Shown: positions 19,074 to 30,480 of the stretch, in pieces
How positions within the stretch are numbered: position 1 is the first letter of the stretch
Layout: each line of letters begins with the position of its first letter
Sequence record: SRR22947727_864
DNA: 62,621 bases
Reading direction: 5' to 3' (one strand)
Notes under the pieces: model-generated
What the model was told of the DNA's origin: nothing
The model's database searches: none
Seen by the model: the letters and a program-made list of their open reading frames with translations, nothing else
Translations under genes and position numbers: made by a program

Positions 19074-21359
19074 TTAACGATCACAGCACAGTTGGAGCCC
19101 CAGTTTGCCTTTCGCCGCCTCGGGCCAAACGATGGCTGCCTGATCTTTATCGGATCCGTATTGCAGCTCGATATAAGGCAAAGCGTGTCGGCGCGCTCCA
19201 GACGGCGTCAGGATAGGACTTTTTGCGATCAGCGTATCCGCATCCAGGCACTGGGCTTGAAAAGGCAGGCGCTGCGCCGTGTCGATGGTCCAAAGAGTGG
19301 CGGCGCTGTTCTGATGATGCGTTAAGCGCAAGGGGTTGGCGCTTTGGGTGGTAATATTGTTGAAATTATTACCATGAAATTGAATTTGAAAAAACCGCTC
19401 CCGGTCAAGATCAGATAGGCTGGTATCGACCGCCTCGATCCGGTCAATAGAGCCATTGATGACACGGAAGTTATTGCCATTCACGCTCAGGTCCGACAGG
19501 CCGTGGCGCTGGCCATAGGGTTTAAGAACCAGAAAGGAAAAGGATGGCGCGACATTGCTGCATAAGAAAATATTATCGCTTATAGTGAGCGCCGAAAAGC
19601 CAAACCCGGTTGTATAATCAGGCTTGGCGTCATGTTCATTGGTCCATTCAATAAAACAATTATCGACATAATTGCCCGTGATGGTGCTGGTCGTGTTGGT
19701 TTGCGTCAGGGCAATTCCAGCCAGCCGAATGCCGTTTGATCTTTCGTCGCCTTGATAAAAATGATTGCCGCTGATGATATTATTTGAACCGCTTAAAATG
19801 GCGAAATGACGAAATCGGGACGCGCGGTTATCGCGCAGTTTGATATCATTTGCATTGGCATTCAACGCGATGCTCACCCGATCTTGTGCGGCAAGCAAGG
19901 ATTCTGCGGTGATAAAATGGCAGCGGTCAATCAACATGTCTTGCCAGCCCCAGCCGGTTGAGGTGAGACCGCGATAGCGGGGTTTGGTAATCACGCAATC
20001 AGCGATATGAAACGTATCACCTGCCCGCGCCAGCATGATACCGTTGGCGATACTGTTGCATTTGAGGTTGACGTTTTGCAGCATAAATTTCTGCAATTGA
20101 TCAAAGCCGCTGAAATCCAGCATGTATTTAAAGCGTGTGAAGGTAAAATCTTGCGTTCCTTCGGCATCATAAAGCGCTTCTGAAAGCGTTGCTTCGCTGG
20201 TATTGATATCCACAGAGGTCACATAGATTTCACGGCCAACGCCATTGCCTTCAACCAGTGACCCGGCTTGGATATTCGCACTATTGTTGAGATTGCGCAG
20301 CTTTTTGGGATCGGATGGCGAGTAGGTTCCGCGTGAGATGACAATATCGTTTTCCCATGCTGTATTGCGCCGGGCATATAACTCTCCGTTTCGAATAACC
20401 CGCCTCACCGCATATCCCTGCCGCGTAGAAACGGCTTCTTGAAGATCGATCGGGGCATTCACGCCGATGGTGCGCCCCCCCAAATACAAGGCGTCATGAT
20501 CGCCGCTGTTCAAAAGGGCTTGAAAGGCTTTTTTGAAGGCAAGCTCTTCTTCACCGAACGCATCAATATAGGTGGTGAAGTCGAAATTATTCTGCAACAC
20601 AAACGGTGCTGATACGGGCAATTTAACCGTACCGCGAAACAACAAATTCGAACGCAGGGTCAGACCCTTTTCAATATAAAATTGTCCTTCTGGCACCAAT
20701 AATCTACGCCCTGCTGCGGCGTCATCCGCGGCAGTGAATGCATCATAATTTGGGGTTTCGCCATCGCCTAGGGCGCCGTAATCGCGGATATCCAAGATAT
20801 TTGTGCTGTGAAGCATGAATAAGGCGCTGACATCTTCGATCTGCAAGCTTTCAATGCGGATAATCCCACCATTCTGACCCGTCAGGTCAAGCCCAAAATG
20901 GCCATAATCGGGATCAGTGCCCCAAACCATATCCACCCCGTCGCGCAGACCAGGGCCAATAATAGCGCTGACGTTCAACAATTGGCTATAGTCTGTGGGC
21001 ACCACCGAGGGGCCTATTTGGGTGACTTGGGCAATATGCGCGCCCGAAGCGGCACCGGCCCAGCCCGCGATGCGGACCCCCGGAAAATGCCCGCTGACCA
21101 CCTTAACCCTACATCTTATCCTGAGATAGGTTTCTTTGAGTATTGGGGTTTGTGTGAAGCTGCGCAATTTTTGCACTTCGATCGATTTTCGCAGCTCGAG
21201 GCAGACGCCAAAATCGCTATCGCCCGTCACCAAGCTGGCATCCGAGCTTAGATCGTATCTGTGATCGCCGGCTACCCCATCGCCGCTTGACTAATTCTTT
21301 AGCCCTTCCGCAAAGGTAGGTGGCGTAAATCTGGCAGCCTCGATCATGCCCAAACCCAT
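19074..21359 (-). pseudogene. Pectate-lyase/GH28-like beta-helix protein with an in-frame TAG at codon 23
   Basis: DIRDYGALGDG and beta-helix repeats; frame extends to ATG 21359 (RBS AAGGGA) as MGLGMIEAARFTPPTFAEGLKN*SSGDG; TAG at 21293-21291. Confidence 0.72.
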
Positions 21360-21446
21360 ATTCTTCCCTTTTCACATGGTTGCGTGCAGCCGTGTTAGGG
21401 TTTTTGGGTTAAGATGGTCCGCGCGCAACGCGCGCTGGGCTGCCGG

Positions 21447-21848
21447 TTACACGCTGAAATCTGAGCTTGGTAAGATTTCCACCCCGGAAATTTTCCAGCT
21501 TTCTCCCAGCTTGACCATGTAATAACGCAGATAATGCGCTTTTTTGTTTCGATCAAAAATTTGGATATTCTGGGCCATACCATGGTGATAAGGGTCAACG
21601 CTTAAAAAGGTTACCTTCCCAGGTTTCCAGACCATAGGATAGCCGCGTTTGACCATCGATTCAAAATTATCAGGCCCCCCAAAGATGGATTGGATAGACG
21701 GGCTTGCATAGCTGAAGGCTTCTGCAAAATCATCGAGCTGAAATGCCTCTAATTGCCGAGAGATCGTGGCTTGGATATCTTCCTTATCACCGGCGAAGAT
21801 TGGCGCTGCCAAAAAGAACAGGGCGCATATAAAAGAAATTAGTCGCAT
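21447..21848 (-). CDS. DUF4864 domain exported protein
   Basis: Signal peptide; IQATISRQLEAF, AFSYASPSIQ, MVKRGYPMVW, WKISGV. Confidence 0.85.
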   Translation of the reverse strand: MRLISFICALFFLAAPIFAGDKEDIQATISRQLEAFQLDDFAEAFSYASPSIQSIFGGPDNFESMVKRGYPMVWKPGKVTFLSVDPYHHGMAQNIQIFDRNKKAHYLRYYMVKLGESWKISGVEILPSSDFSV

Positions 21849-21894
21849 ATATTTCTCCTCTCTTGAGCAAAAGCTAGATCAGAGATTTATAAAA

Positions 21895-23475
21895 TCAATC
21901 TTTCACAAATCCGCCGCTTAAAGCGTGGTCGATCAAAGCCACGGTTTCTGTAAGGCCGTAAAGGGCAATAAACCCTCCAAACCGTGGGCCTTGGCTGGCG
22001 CCCAATAGCACCTCGTAAATGGCTTTGAACCAAGCGCGCAGCGGTTCAAAACGCTCGCGGCCACAGGCAAAGACGATGCTTTGCAGCCGTTCGGGGTCAA
22101 GCGGCCCCTGATAAGCTGCCAATTGATCGCGTAAATCCTGAAGCGCGCTGCGCTCAAGATCAGAAGGCGCACGGTAGGTTTTGGTGGGTTTGACGAAATC
22201 ATTATAATACCGCACCGCAAACCCCGCGGCTTGATCTAGACTGGGATGACTGGCGGCTGAGGTATCCGGGGCGTAGCGCTGAATAAAGCCCCATAATTGG
22301 TCTTTTTCATCTGCATTGGCAACCGCAGCCAGATTGAGCAACATACTAAAAGACACGGCCATATCGGGCTTTGGCGCATTCTGCCCATGAATATGGAAAA
22401 TGGGGTTGTTCAATTGCGCCGCCGGCTCTTGTGTGTGGAAGGCTTTCAGTTGCTGCTGGTATTCATCCATGGCCTTCGGAATCACGTCAAAATGCATCCG
22501 TTTTGCGGTTTTTGGTTTGAGATACATAAAATAAGACAGGCTTTCGGTGGTGGCATAGCGCAGCCATTCGTCAATAGAGACTCCATTGCCTGAGGTTTTA
22601 GAAATTTTCTGCCCCTGCTCGTCTAAGAAAAGCTCATAGGTGAAATGTTCGGGGGCGGGCGCGCCCAAGAGCCGGCAAATTTTGTCATAAATGGGTGTGT
22701 TGGTCGAATGGTCTTTGCCATACATTTCAAAGTCAACGCCCAGCGCTGCCCAGCGGGCGCCGAAATCAGGTTTCCATTGAAGTTTCACATTGCCACCGGT
22801 CACCGGAAGGGTGAATTCACGCCCATCCTCATCATCGAATGTCACAGTGCCTGCTTGTGCGTCAACCGCCTTCATCGGCACGTAGAGCACCCGACCCGTT
22901 TCTGGGTGTATTGGTAGAAATATTGAATAGCTCTGGCGCCGCTCTTCGCGCAATGAGGCGAGCATTACCTCCATAATCGCGTCGTATTTTTCCGCCGCGC
23001 GCAAAAGGATTTTGTCAAATTGCCCTGATCTGTAAAAGTCTGTGGCTGAGTAAAATTCATAGTCAAACCCGAACGTGTCTAAAAACCGGCGCAGCATGGC
23101 ATTGTTATGGTGCCCAAAGCTTTCATAATCTCCAAACGGGTCGGGCACAGAGGTCAGCGGCTTTTGCATATGAGCATGCAAACGCTCTGGGTTTGGCACA
23201 TTGCCCGGAACTTTGCGCATACCGTCCAAATCATCCGAAAAACAGATTAACTTGGTTGGTATGTCACTGATTTGTTGAAATGCATGCATCACCATTGTGG
23301 TGCGCGACACTTCGCCAAACGTACCAATATGGGGAAGACCAGAAGGCCCATAGCCCGTTTCAAAGAGCACATAGCCTTTTTCCGGGGGCGCTGCGGAATA
23401 GCGTTTGAGCAGCCTGCGTGCCTCTTCAAAAGGCCAAGCTTTCGCACTTAGGGCGAGGTCACGCATATTTGACAT
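21895..23475 (-). CDS. lysS: Lysine--tRNA ligase, class I
   Basis: [33 protein letters not shown]; start 23475 chosen from GGAG RBS. Confidence 0.96.
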   Translation of the reverse strand: MSNMRDLALSAKAWPFEEARRLLKRYSAAPPEKGYVLFETGYGPSGLPHIGTFGEVSRTTMVMHAFQQISDIPTKLICFSDDLDGMRKVPGNVPNPERLHAHMQKPLTSVPDPFGDYESFGHHNNAMLRRFLDTFGFDYEFYSATDFYRSGQFDKILLRAAEKYDAIMEVMLASLREERRQSYSIFLPIHPETGRVLYVPMKAVDAQAGTVTFDDEDGREFTLPVTGGNVKLQWKPDFGARWAALGVDFEMYGKDHSTNTPIYDKICRLLGAPAPEHFTYELFLDEQGQKISKTSGNGVSIDEWLRYATTESLSYFMYLKPKTAKRMHFDVIPKAMDEYQQQLKAFHTQEPAAQLNNPIFHIHGQNAPKPDMAVSFSMLLNLAAVANADEKDQLWGFIQRYAPDTSAASHPSLDQAAGFAVRYYNDFVKPTKTYRAPSDLERSALQDLRDQLAAYQGPLDPERLQSIVFACGRERFEPLRAWFKAIYEVLLGASQGPRFGGFIALYGLTETVALIDHALSGGFVKD

Positions 23476-23602
23476 TGGTTCATTCTCCGAGATTGTCAGC
23501 AGGTCTGGTCCCAAATTCCTGCTGAGGGTTGCGGCTTCCTATTGCGACTGGACCAATAGGTCAATATTCTCTAAAAAAGACCTGTTGCTGTAGGATCAGA
23601 TA

Positions 23603-24028
23603 ATGGCTGAAAATATCCCAAAAGTTTTAACCTCACAGGATTGTCTAGTGACATTGATGATGGCGATCTCGGCTTCGGATGGTCGCATTTTAACCGCTGA
23701 GCTGGTCAAAATTCAATCGGCTGTGAATCATTTGCCGATTTTTGCCGATTATGACGTGGATCGGTTCACGCTGATGTCGCAGGTGGTATTTAATCTTTTT
23801 GAAAAAGAAGAGGGGCTGGATATGCTTTTTGGCCTCATTCGCGAAAACCTACCGGATCGACTATTTGAAACCGCCTATGCTTTATGTTGCGATGTAGCGG
23901 CGGCGGATGGCATTATTCGTGAACCTGAATTACGGCTTTTGGAAGAAATGCGATATGAGCTGAATATCGATCGCTTGCACGCCGCCGCGATCGAGCGCGG
24001 CGCGCGCGCGCGCCACGTCACTGCCTAG
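23603..24028 (+). CDS. TerB-like (tellurite resistance family) protein
   Basis: ISASDG, ETAYALCCDVAAADG, LHAAAIERGARAR. Confidence 0.85.
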   Translation: MAENIPKVLTSQDCLVTLMMAISASDGRILTAELVKIQSAVNHLPIFADYDVDRFTLMSQVVFNLFEKEEGLDMLFGLIRENLPDRLFETAYALCCDVAAADGIIREPELRLLEEMRYELNIDRLHAAAIERGARARHVTA

Positions 24029-24034
24029 CGCAAT

Positions 24035-25516
24035 TTAAAGTTTTTGTGACCATTTGCGCAGCACGTTTTGCTGCAATTGCTTGGCCCGTCTGTTCCAGTA
24101 ACGCGCATTTCGCGAGGTTTCTCGCGCTAAGGCCAATAATTTTTGCCGCTGCTCAAGATCCTGACAGAAAATGGCAAAGGCATAGGGTCGCACAACCCCT
24201 TCCGTGACATAGCCCGCCAAGGCGCTGACATAATGCAACGTACCGGTTTTCGCCAAGATCAGCGCCTCGGATGCGCGATCAAGATTGCCACGGGCATCTC
24301 GCGGTTTGATTTTCTTCATCAATTTTGGAAACTCTGGCCATATTAGCAGCGCTTTTTGCAGCGCGCCCACCATATCATTGGGTGTCACCCGAGACGCAGC
24401 GCCGAGCCCCGAATGGTCAATGAATAGGCTATTTTGCATGCCTAATCTGGCTTTTGCCCACCGGGTCATGTGGCGCGCTGAGGCCTCTAATTGCCCAATA
24501 TTGCCACCTCTGGCGCGGGTGGCGGCCAAGCCCAGCATTTCGGCGGTGATATTGGTAGAATATTTCATCATATCTTTGATGATTTCTGCTAAGGGATCGC
24601 TTTGATAATTTGCCAGTACGGTCTGAGCAGATGGCATATCGGCCGCTTCGGCTTTAGGCAGCGCGACGCCTTGTGTCTTTAAAAGACTGCGCAGGACCTC
24701 AGCCGTATGGGCAGCGGGGCGCCTAACCGGCAACCAACGCCCACCAGTTTTGCCAAGGGCGCTGCGGGCAACATTCCATTCTTCATAATCAGATCTCGTA
24801 GAATATTTGAACACTGGCGCGCCGCGCTTTTCAATCACCAGCTTGACACCGCTCACTGCGGGGCGGTGGTTCAAGCCGCGCGCTTCAAGCCATGTTTGAT
24901 AGCGCCCATTCTTTAACTTCCATTCAAAGAATATCCGATTGTTATTCAGGTTCAGGCCGGAAAGGGCTGGGTTATAACCCACATGTGCCGGTTGCTGGGG
25001 ATCGATCTGATATATCTCTTTATAAGCGCCAGTGGCATAAAGAAAACGGCCCGTTATTGTTTTTAAGCCCGTCTTAGCCAGCGCTTTGGCTAATTTTCCT
25101 AAAGCATCAGTGGTAAGCGTTGGATCCCCATCACCTTGCAAAATAAGATCGCCAGTCAAAACGCCATCTTTCACGCGGCCGGCTGTGGCAAGTGTGGTGT
25201 TAAAGCGAAAATCCTTGCCCAGCGTATCGAGCGCATAAAGCGCGGTGATCGCTTTTGTAACGCTGGCCGGTGCAAACGTATCCTCTCCGCGGTGGTTCTC
25301 GATCAACCCGCCTTGCGCCAGATCACATACTGCGCAGCCGCGCTTGCCACTGATGCTGGGTGTGGACAAAGCGCTGCGCAAGGCCGCAAAAGGCTGCGGA
25401 GCCGGGCGCGGTTTGGGCCGTAAGCTGCGCATAGGCGCCGTTGCGGCGGCTGGTGAGGCCAAAAGTGAAGCTGCCAGCCATGCTGCGAATTTTCGCCTTG
25501 TTATTTTATCGCTCAT
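24035..25516 (-). CDS. dacB: D-alanyl-D-alanine carboxypeptidase/endopeptidase (PBP4, S13)
   Basis: Tat-like TRRKF; PASVTK (SxxK), GDGDP, STN (SxN), DHSGL, AKTGTL. Confidence 0.95.
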   Translation of the reverse strand: MSDKITRRKFAAWLAASLLASPAAATAPMRSLRPKPRPAPQPFAALRSALSTPSISGKRGCAVCDLAQGGLIENHRGEDTFAPASVTKAITALYALDTLGKDFRFNTTLATAGRVKDGVLTGDLILQGDGDPTLTTDALGKLAKALAKTGLKTITGRFLYATGAYKEIYQIDPQQPAHVGYNPALSGLNLNNNRIFFEWKLKNGRYQTWLEARGLNHRPAVSGVKLVIEKRGAPVFKYSTRSDYEEWNVARSALGKTGGRWLPVRRPAAHTAEVLRSLLKTQGVALPKAEAADMPSAQTVLANYQSDPLAEIIKDMMKYSTNITAEMLGLAATRARGGNIGQLEASARHMTRWAKARLGMQNSLFIDHSGLGAASRVTPNDMVGALQKALLIWPEFPKLMKKIKPRDARGNLDRASEALILAKTGTLHYVSALAGYVTEGVVRPYAFAIFCQDLEQRQKLLALARETSRNARYWNRRAKQLQQNVLRKWSQKL

Positions 25517-25569
25517 ATCTACACATATTCTTTGCTTGGGGCGTTTTAAATCCGAAATAAGGCTGTGTA

Positions 25570-26418
25570 ATGCATAGGGCGATTTTGATTATGCTGGTTG
25601 CGATGTCGTTGATCCCTTTGGGGGATACGGCGGGTAAATTGATGACAGACCAAAGCGCTCTTTCACCGTTTTTCGCCGCCTGGAGCAGGTTTGCGGTTGG
25701 CGCCCTCATATTAGCTTTTTTTGTACGCCGCGCCGCATATAAACTGTTGTTGGATTGGCGTATTATCGCGCGGGCCAGCATATTGGTCTGCGGTATTACG
25801 TCCATTCTAACAGCCCTTTCCACTGTTCCAATTGCCACCGTGTATGCGGTGTTTTTCATCGGCCCTTTGATCAGCTATATCCTAGCTGTTCTTTTTCTGA
25901 AAGAGCCCATTGGCGGGCTACGTTTGGCTTTGGTTGCAGGCGGCTTTATAGGGGTTGTGATCGTATCGCAGCCGCAGGGACAACTTGATCCAAATCTTCT
26001 TTTTGCCGTGTTGGCGGGGCTGTGTTATGGGGTTTTTTTGGCTTTGTCTCGCGCGCTGTCCGAGATTGCTCCACCCGTGGAGATTGCAGCCACTCAACTG
26101 GCCTATGGGGCATTTGTTCTTTTGCCTTTTGCGGTTTGGAATTGGCCGGGCATAACCCTTGAGCTGGGTTTTTTGGGGGCGGTATCCGGGATTGCCTCAA
26201 TGGCTGGTAATTTGCTTTTAATAATGGCTTATGCTTTGGCGCCGGCCACGCGTTTGGCGCCTTTTGTTTATTTCCAGATCGTTATCGCTACGATCAGCGG
26301 CACAGTGGTTTTTGACGATTGGCCGAATACGCTCAGCTGGACCGGCATTGCGGTTATTTTACTCTGCGGCGGCCTCTCGGCCAGCCGAGTGAGCCGCCCG
26401 AAGGCGCAGCCGGGTTGA
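25570..26418 (+). CDS. DMT/EamA family transporter
   Basis: VLFLKEPI, LAPFVYFQIV. Confidence 0.88.
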   Translation: MHRAILIMLVAMSLIPLGDTAGKLMTDQSALSPFFAAWSRFAVGALILAFFVRRAAYKLLLDWRIIARASILVCGITSILTALSTVPIATVYAVFFIGPLISYILAVLFLKEPIGGLRLALVAGGFIGVVIVSQPQGQLDPNLLFAVLAGLCYGVFLALSRALSEIAPPVEIAATQLAYGAFVLLPFAVWNWPGITLELGFLGAVSGIASMAGNLLLIMAYALAPATRLAPFVYFQIVIATISGTVVFDDWPNTLSWTGIAVILLCGGLSASRVSRPKAQPG

Positions 26419-26997
26419 GGAAATATCCCTCATTGGAATAGGAAGATAGCACCAACAAGGCGCGCTTTGGCGGCCTAAAAGTTGGCTTTGATACCCTGGC
26501 AGGCGGGCCGCACGATAAATTCTGCTGGCGCGGGCGTTGAGCGGCGCCATCTGATCGCCGGGCCGCGCCAATATGCCGATGGGCACTGAATTCATAATGG
26601 TTTCCCATGCGTGCCATTTGTGAAACTGGTTCAGGTTATCGGCGCCCATCAGCCAAACAAAACGATATTGTGCAAAGCGTTGTTTTAAGGCGGCAATCGT
26701 GTCGGATGTAAAACGGGTGCCGAGGTCGTTTTCAATGCCGGTGACATCAACCTTTGGGTGCTCCATCACTCGTTTTGCTGCGCGTATTCTGGATAAAAGC
26801 GGGTCTGGCCCCGTTGTTTTGAGCGGATTGGCAGGGCTGACCATCCACCAAACCCGATCAAGCCCGAAGCGGCGCAGCGCATGCCGCGTTATTTCAACAT
26901 GCCCCGCATGCGCAGGGTCAAAAGAGCCACCCAAAAGGCCAATGATGCGTTGTGCTGCCATATTCTGCTCGCGTCTTTCTGGTTCGTGCGGGGGCAC
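26359..26997 (-). CDS. nadD: Nicotinate-nucleotide adenylyltransferase (start may be about 12 codons downstream)
   Basis: GLLGGSFDPAHAGH, SPANPLK, WLMGADNL, ISSTRLR. Confidence 0.95.
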   Translation of the reverse strand: MPPHEPERREQNMAAQRIIGLLGGSFDPAHAGHVEITRHALRRFGLDRVWWMVSPANPLKTTGPDPLLSRIRAAKRVMEHPKVDVTGIENDLGTRFTSDTIAALKQRFAQYRFVWLMGADNLNQFHKWHAWETIMNSVPIGILARPGDQMAPLNARASRIYRAARLPGYQSQLLGRQSAPCWCYLPIPMRDISSTRLRLRAAHSAGREAAAE

Positions 26998-27154
26998 GGA
27001 TCACATTCTTCTTCAATAGCCACCCTAAGCGCAGAAGTCATCCCCGCCGATCCGGCGGCGTCTGCAGAGTTTAAAATTTAACCTGAGGCGTTGCCCTCGC
27101 GCCCCCATTTGGGTATCTAACCGTTCTGAATTACTGCCCTAAGGAGCAATCGAG

Positions 27155-28810
27155 ATGGCCGCGTATCAATATGTTTATCACATGGATGGTGTTTCAAAGA
27201 CCTATCCGGGGGGCAAGAAATGCTTTGAGAATATTCGGCTGTCATTTTTGCCCGGTGTAAAAATTGGTGTGGTTGGAGTGAACGGCGCGGGTAAATCAAC
27301 GCTGATGAAAATTATGGCGGGGCTTGATAAAGATTTCACAGGCGAAGCCTGGTCGGCCGAAGGCGCGAAAGTCGGCTATTTGTCGCAAGAGCCAAAATTG
27401 AACGAAGAGATGAACGTTCGCGATAATGTCATGCTGGGCGTCGCCGAGAAAAAAGCCATTTTGGAACGCTATAATGAGCTGGCAATGAATTATTCCGATG
27501 AAACCGCGGATGAAATGGCCAATCTTCAAGATAAGATCGATGCAGAAAACCTGTGGGATTTGGATAGCCAAATCGATGTGGCAATGGAGGCGCTGAGATG
27601 TCCAGATGATGAGGCTGATGTGGCGACTTTATCGGGGGGGGAGCGGCGTCGGGTGGCCCTGTGCCGGTTGCTACTCGAGGCGCCCGATATGCTGCTACTC
27701 GATGAACCTACCAACCATTTAGACGCAGAAACCATCGCGTGGCTGCAGCAGCATTTGATCGATTATAAGGGTACAATTTTGATTGTGACGCATGATCGTT
27801 ATTTCTTGGATGATATCACCGGTTGGATTCTCGAGCTGGATCGCGGCAGCGGCATTCCTTATGAGGGAAATTACTCAAGCTGGCTGGAACAAAAAGCCAA
27901 ACGCCTTTCACAAGAGGCACGCGAGGATAAGAGCCGGCAAAAAACGCTTGAGCGCGAATTGGAATGGATGCGCCAGGGTCAAAAAGCCCGGCAAGCCAAA
28001 CAAAAAGCCCGGATCAACGCCTATAATGATCTGGCAAATCAATCCGAGCGCGAGAAAATTAGCCGCGCGCAAATCGTTATTCCAAACGGGCCGCGGCTAG
28101 GTGGCAAAGTGATCGAAGTGGATGGTTTGCACAAAGCCATGGGTGACAAACTGCTTATCGAAAATCTTGAGTTTTCGTTACCACCGGGGGGTATTGTGGG
28201 GGTGATTGGTCCGAACGGGGCCGGCAAATCAACGCTTTTCAAAATGCTCACGCAGCATGAGGTGCCAGATGCGGGTGCTATTACTTATGGGGATACGGTT
28301 GAGTTATCCTATGTTGATCAGTCGCGCGATGATTTGAAAGCCGATGCTACCGTGTGGGAGGCGATCGCTGATGGCCAAGATATTATCCATCTTGGCGATG
28401 CCGAAGTGAATTCACGCGCCTATTGTTCGGCGTTTAATTTTAAAGGGGGAGATCAACAAAAAAAGGTCGGGTTGCTGTCTGGAGGAGAACGAAATCGTGT
28501 TCATATGGCCCGGCTGCTAAAATCAGGCGGCAATGTATTGCTGCTCGATGAACCGACCAATGATCTTGATGTCGAAACCTTGCGCGCGCTAGAGGACGCT
28601 CTAGTCGATTTTGCAGGCTGCGCGGTTGTGATCTCGCATGATCGCTTTTTCTTAGACCGGATTTGCACGCATATTTTGGCGTTTGAAGGCGAGGCGCATG
28701 TGGAATGGTTTGAAGGAAACTTTGCCGATTATGAAGAGGATAAGAAGCGGCGTTTGGGCGCGGAAGCTTTAAAGCCAAAGCGGATAAAGCATAAAAAGTT
28801 TTCTCGATAA
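27155..28810 (+). CDS. ettA: Energy-dependent translational throttle protein (ABC-F)
   Basis: Tandem ABC domains, no TM segments; LSFLPGVKIGVVGVNGAGKST, LERELEW, LSGGERNR. Confidence 0.96.
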   Translation: MAAYQYVYHMDGVSKTYPGGKKCFENIRLSFLPGVKIGVVGVNGAGKSTLMKIMAGLDKDFTGEAWSAEGAKVGYLSQEPKLNEEMNVRDNVMLGVAEKKAILERYNELAMNYSDETADEMANLQDKIDAENLWDLDSQIDVAMEALRCPDDEADVATLSGGERRRVALCRLLLEAPDMLLLDEPTNHLDAETIAWLQQHLIDYKGTILIVTHDRYFLDDITGWILELDRGSGIPYEGNYSSWLEQKAKRLSQEAREDKSRQKTLERELEWMRQGQKARQAKQKARINAYNDLANQSEREKISRAQIVIPNGPRLGGKVIEVDGLHKAMGDKLLIENLEFSLPPGGIVGVIGPNGAGKSTLFKMLTQHEVPDAGAITYGDTVELSYVDQSRDDLKADATVWEAIADGQDIIHLGDAEVNSRAYCSAFNFKGGDQQKKVGLLSGGERNRVHMARLLKSGGNVLLLDEPTNDLDVETLRALEDALVDFAGCAVVISHDRFFLDRICTHILAFEGEAHVEWFEGNFADYEEDKKRRLGAEALKPKRIKHKKFSR

Positions 28811-28950
28811 TAGCGAATAATTTTACACTGATCAGTAAAGTCTGAAATTGAGAGAATAACTTTTAAATTTTAGGCGGTTTCTCTGACAAGTATATTGAAT
28901 ATGACGGCTGACCTTGTTTTACTATTAGAGGTAAAATGGAGAAAGAGCTG

Positions 28951-29060
28951 ATGAAAAATTTGTAATTATGGCCGATGTAATCTGTGGTCTGAGTGGGTGT
29001 AGCACGATGTCTGATTATAATGTGAACCCTGCTGACTGGTTTTCAGGCGCGAGCGAGTAA
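28951..29060 (+). pseudogene. Small lipoprotein gene, frameshifted in an A-run
   Basis: GGAG RBS then ATGAAAAATTT; adding one A gives MKKFVIMADVICGLSGCSTMSDYNVNPADWFSGASE with an LSGC lipobox; hairpin follows at 29070-29089. Confidence 0.45.
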
Positions 29061-29125
29061 ACCGTTCAAAGGCGCCGGTTATGGCGCCTCTGGGTGTCGC
29101 CCGATTATGTTGCGCCAGATAGCCG

Positions 29126-29683
29126 CTAGCCTGCAACACCTCTTTGAGAATCGGCAGCCGTTCTTTGCCGGCGCATTATGAGCATCAAGAACAGGCAGAC
29201 TGCAAACAAGCCTCCGATATCCCCAATCACAAAGATCAGCGTGGCGAAGCTTTGTCCTCCCGTGAACCCGTTAAAAATTGCGGCGTTGAATATGCTGGCA
29301 AAGGACCCAACAAGGAAAACGGGTATGAATTTCGGAACGTGCATCGCTGTTGCAAAAAAATCAAAGCCGCAGCATTTGAAACATTCGAATGTGAGAGGAA
29401 CGATTACAAGACCCGCAATCATTCCGATCGCGGCAGCATTGGTAAAGCCCGGCAACCCCAGTATCATATAATGGCCCAGAAAAACGCCGGGCATCAGCAA
29501 GAAAATAGATTTCCAGCCATACAGCCACGCTGTAAGAACGCGCACAGCATGCGGAAAAAACAATAGACTGCCGAAAATCTCTACACCCAGCGCCCAATCT
29601 TGCACGGGCTGTACGATGTGGATTGTCATTAACAATCCAAATATATATGCCAGCGACGGTATGCAAAACTCAATTGCGCGCAT
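29126..29683 (-). CDS. Stand-alone MASE1-like membrane protein
   Basis: 5-6 TM segments; LFFPHAVRVLTAWLYGW and IGDIGG; GGAGG RBS before ATG 29683. Confidence 0.6.
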   Translation of the reverse strand: MRAIEFCIPSLAYIFGLLMTIHIVQPVQDWALGVEIFGSLLFFPHAVRVLTAWLYGWKSIFLLMPGVFLGHYMILGLPGFTNAAAIGMIAGLVIVPLTFECFKCCGFDFFATAMHVPKFIPVFLVGSFASIFNAAIFNGFTGGQSFATLIFVIGDIGGLFAVCLFLMLIMRRQRTAADSQRGVAG

Positions 29684-29788
29684 AGAGATTTCCCTCCGAT
29701 GCTGTGAGTATATGCTGTTCACCATTGAGTTTAAAGTAAGGACATCCTTACCTTCTGGCTTTGGTTAAGGCATTGTAATTAGGGCTTT

Positions 29789-30073
29789 TTATTGCGACTG
29801 GATTATATATCCACCGCGACCCTTGCCATTATAAGCCAGGTGATCTTGATCAATAAGAGACTTCAACGCGCGGAAAATAGACGGGCGAGATGAGGATTTT
29901 AAAAACCGATGTGCAAGAATATCTTTGGTTTTCACAATCGGTGCCGCGTCTTTTAATTCGACGCATGCGAGCATCACATCAAGCTCAAGGTGAGACACAT
30001 CTGTGAGCCCAACTTCGCTTTCCATATCCAGCATTAAGCCTCTCAGTTTCGCTAAATGGGTTAACGATGACAT
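29789..30073 (-). CDS. Small winged-helix DNA-binding protein
   Basis: SRPSIFRALKSLID recognition helix plus wing; AAGGA RBS. Confidence 0.7.
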   Translation of the reverse strand: MSSLTHLAKLRGLMLDMESEVGLTDVSHLELDVMLACVELKDAAPIVKTKDILAHRFLKSSSRPSIFRALKSLIDQDHLAYNGKGRGGYIIQSQ

Positions 30074-30480
30074 GATAGGTTCCTTTAACCAGTTACGTTG
30101 CCGGTTTATAACAAAAAAACCATTAATCAAATAGAAATCATCAAAACGAGCTATAAAATACGCATATTTTGTGAAAATCTATAAATGATTGCGCTATCAG
30201 ATCCGGCTCCGTCCCCCGATAGCTGTGCGTTATGTTATAGTCTTAAAGTGAGGGCGGTGGCGTTTGCGATCCTTATCAGCCGCCGCGGTTAACGCGGGTG
30301 CGCTGTTTATAAGGCCGCGGGCGGCGAAGATGATTTAAACAATAAATAAACGCCAAGGCTTGCCTTTACAAATATGCATTTAAACTAAACTTTTGATACA
30401 AGGCACGGGGCTTGTATCATGCCAATGTGAGCAATACCTGCGATGAAATTTGCCCCAGCGGAAGAATGCCATTGGATAGG

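Noticed and set aside
19074-21233. Phage tailspike or prophage
   Set aside because: No phage neighbours; it lies in a housekeeping context next to DUF4864 and lysS
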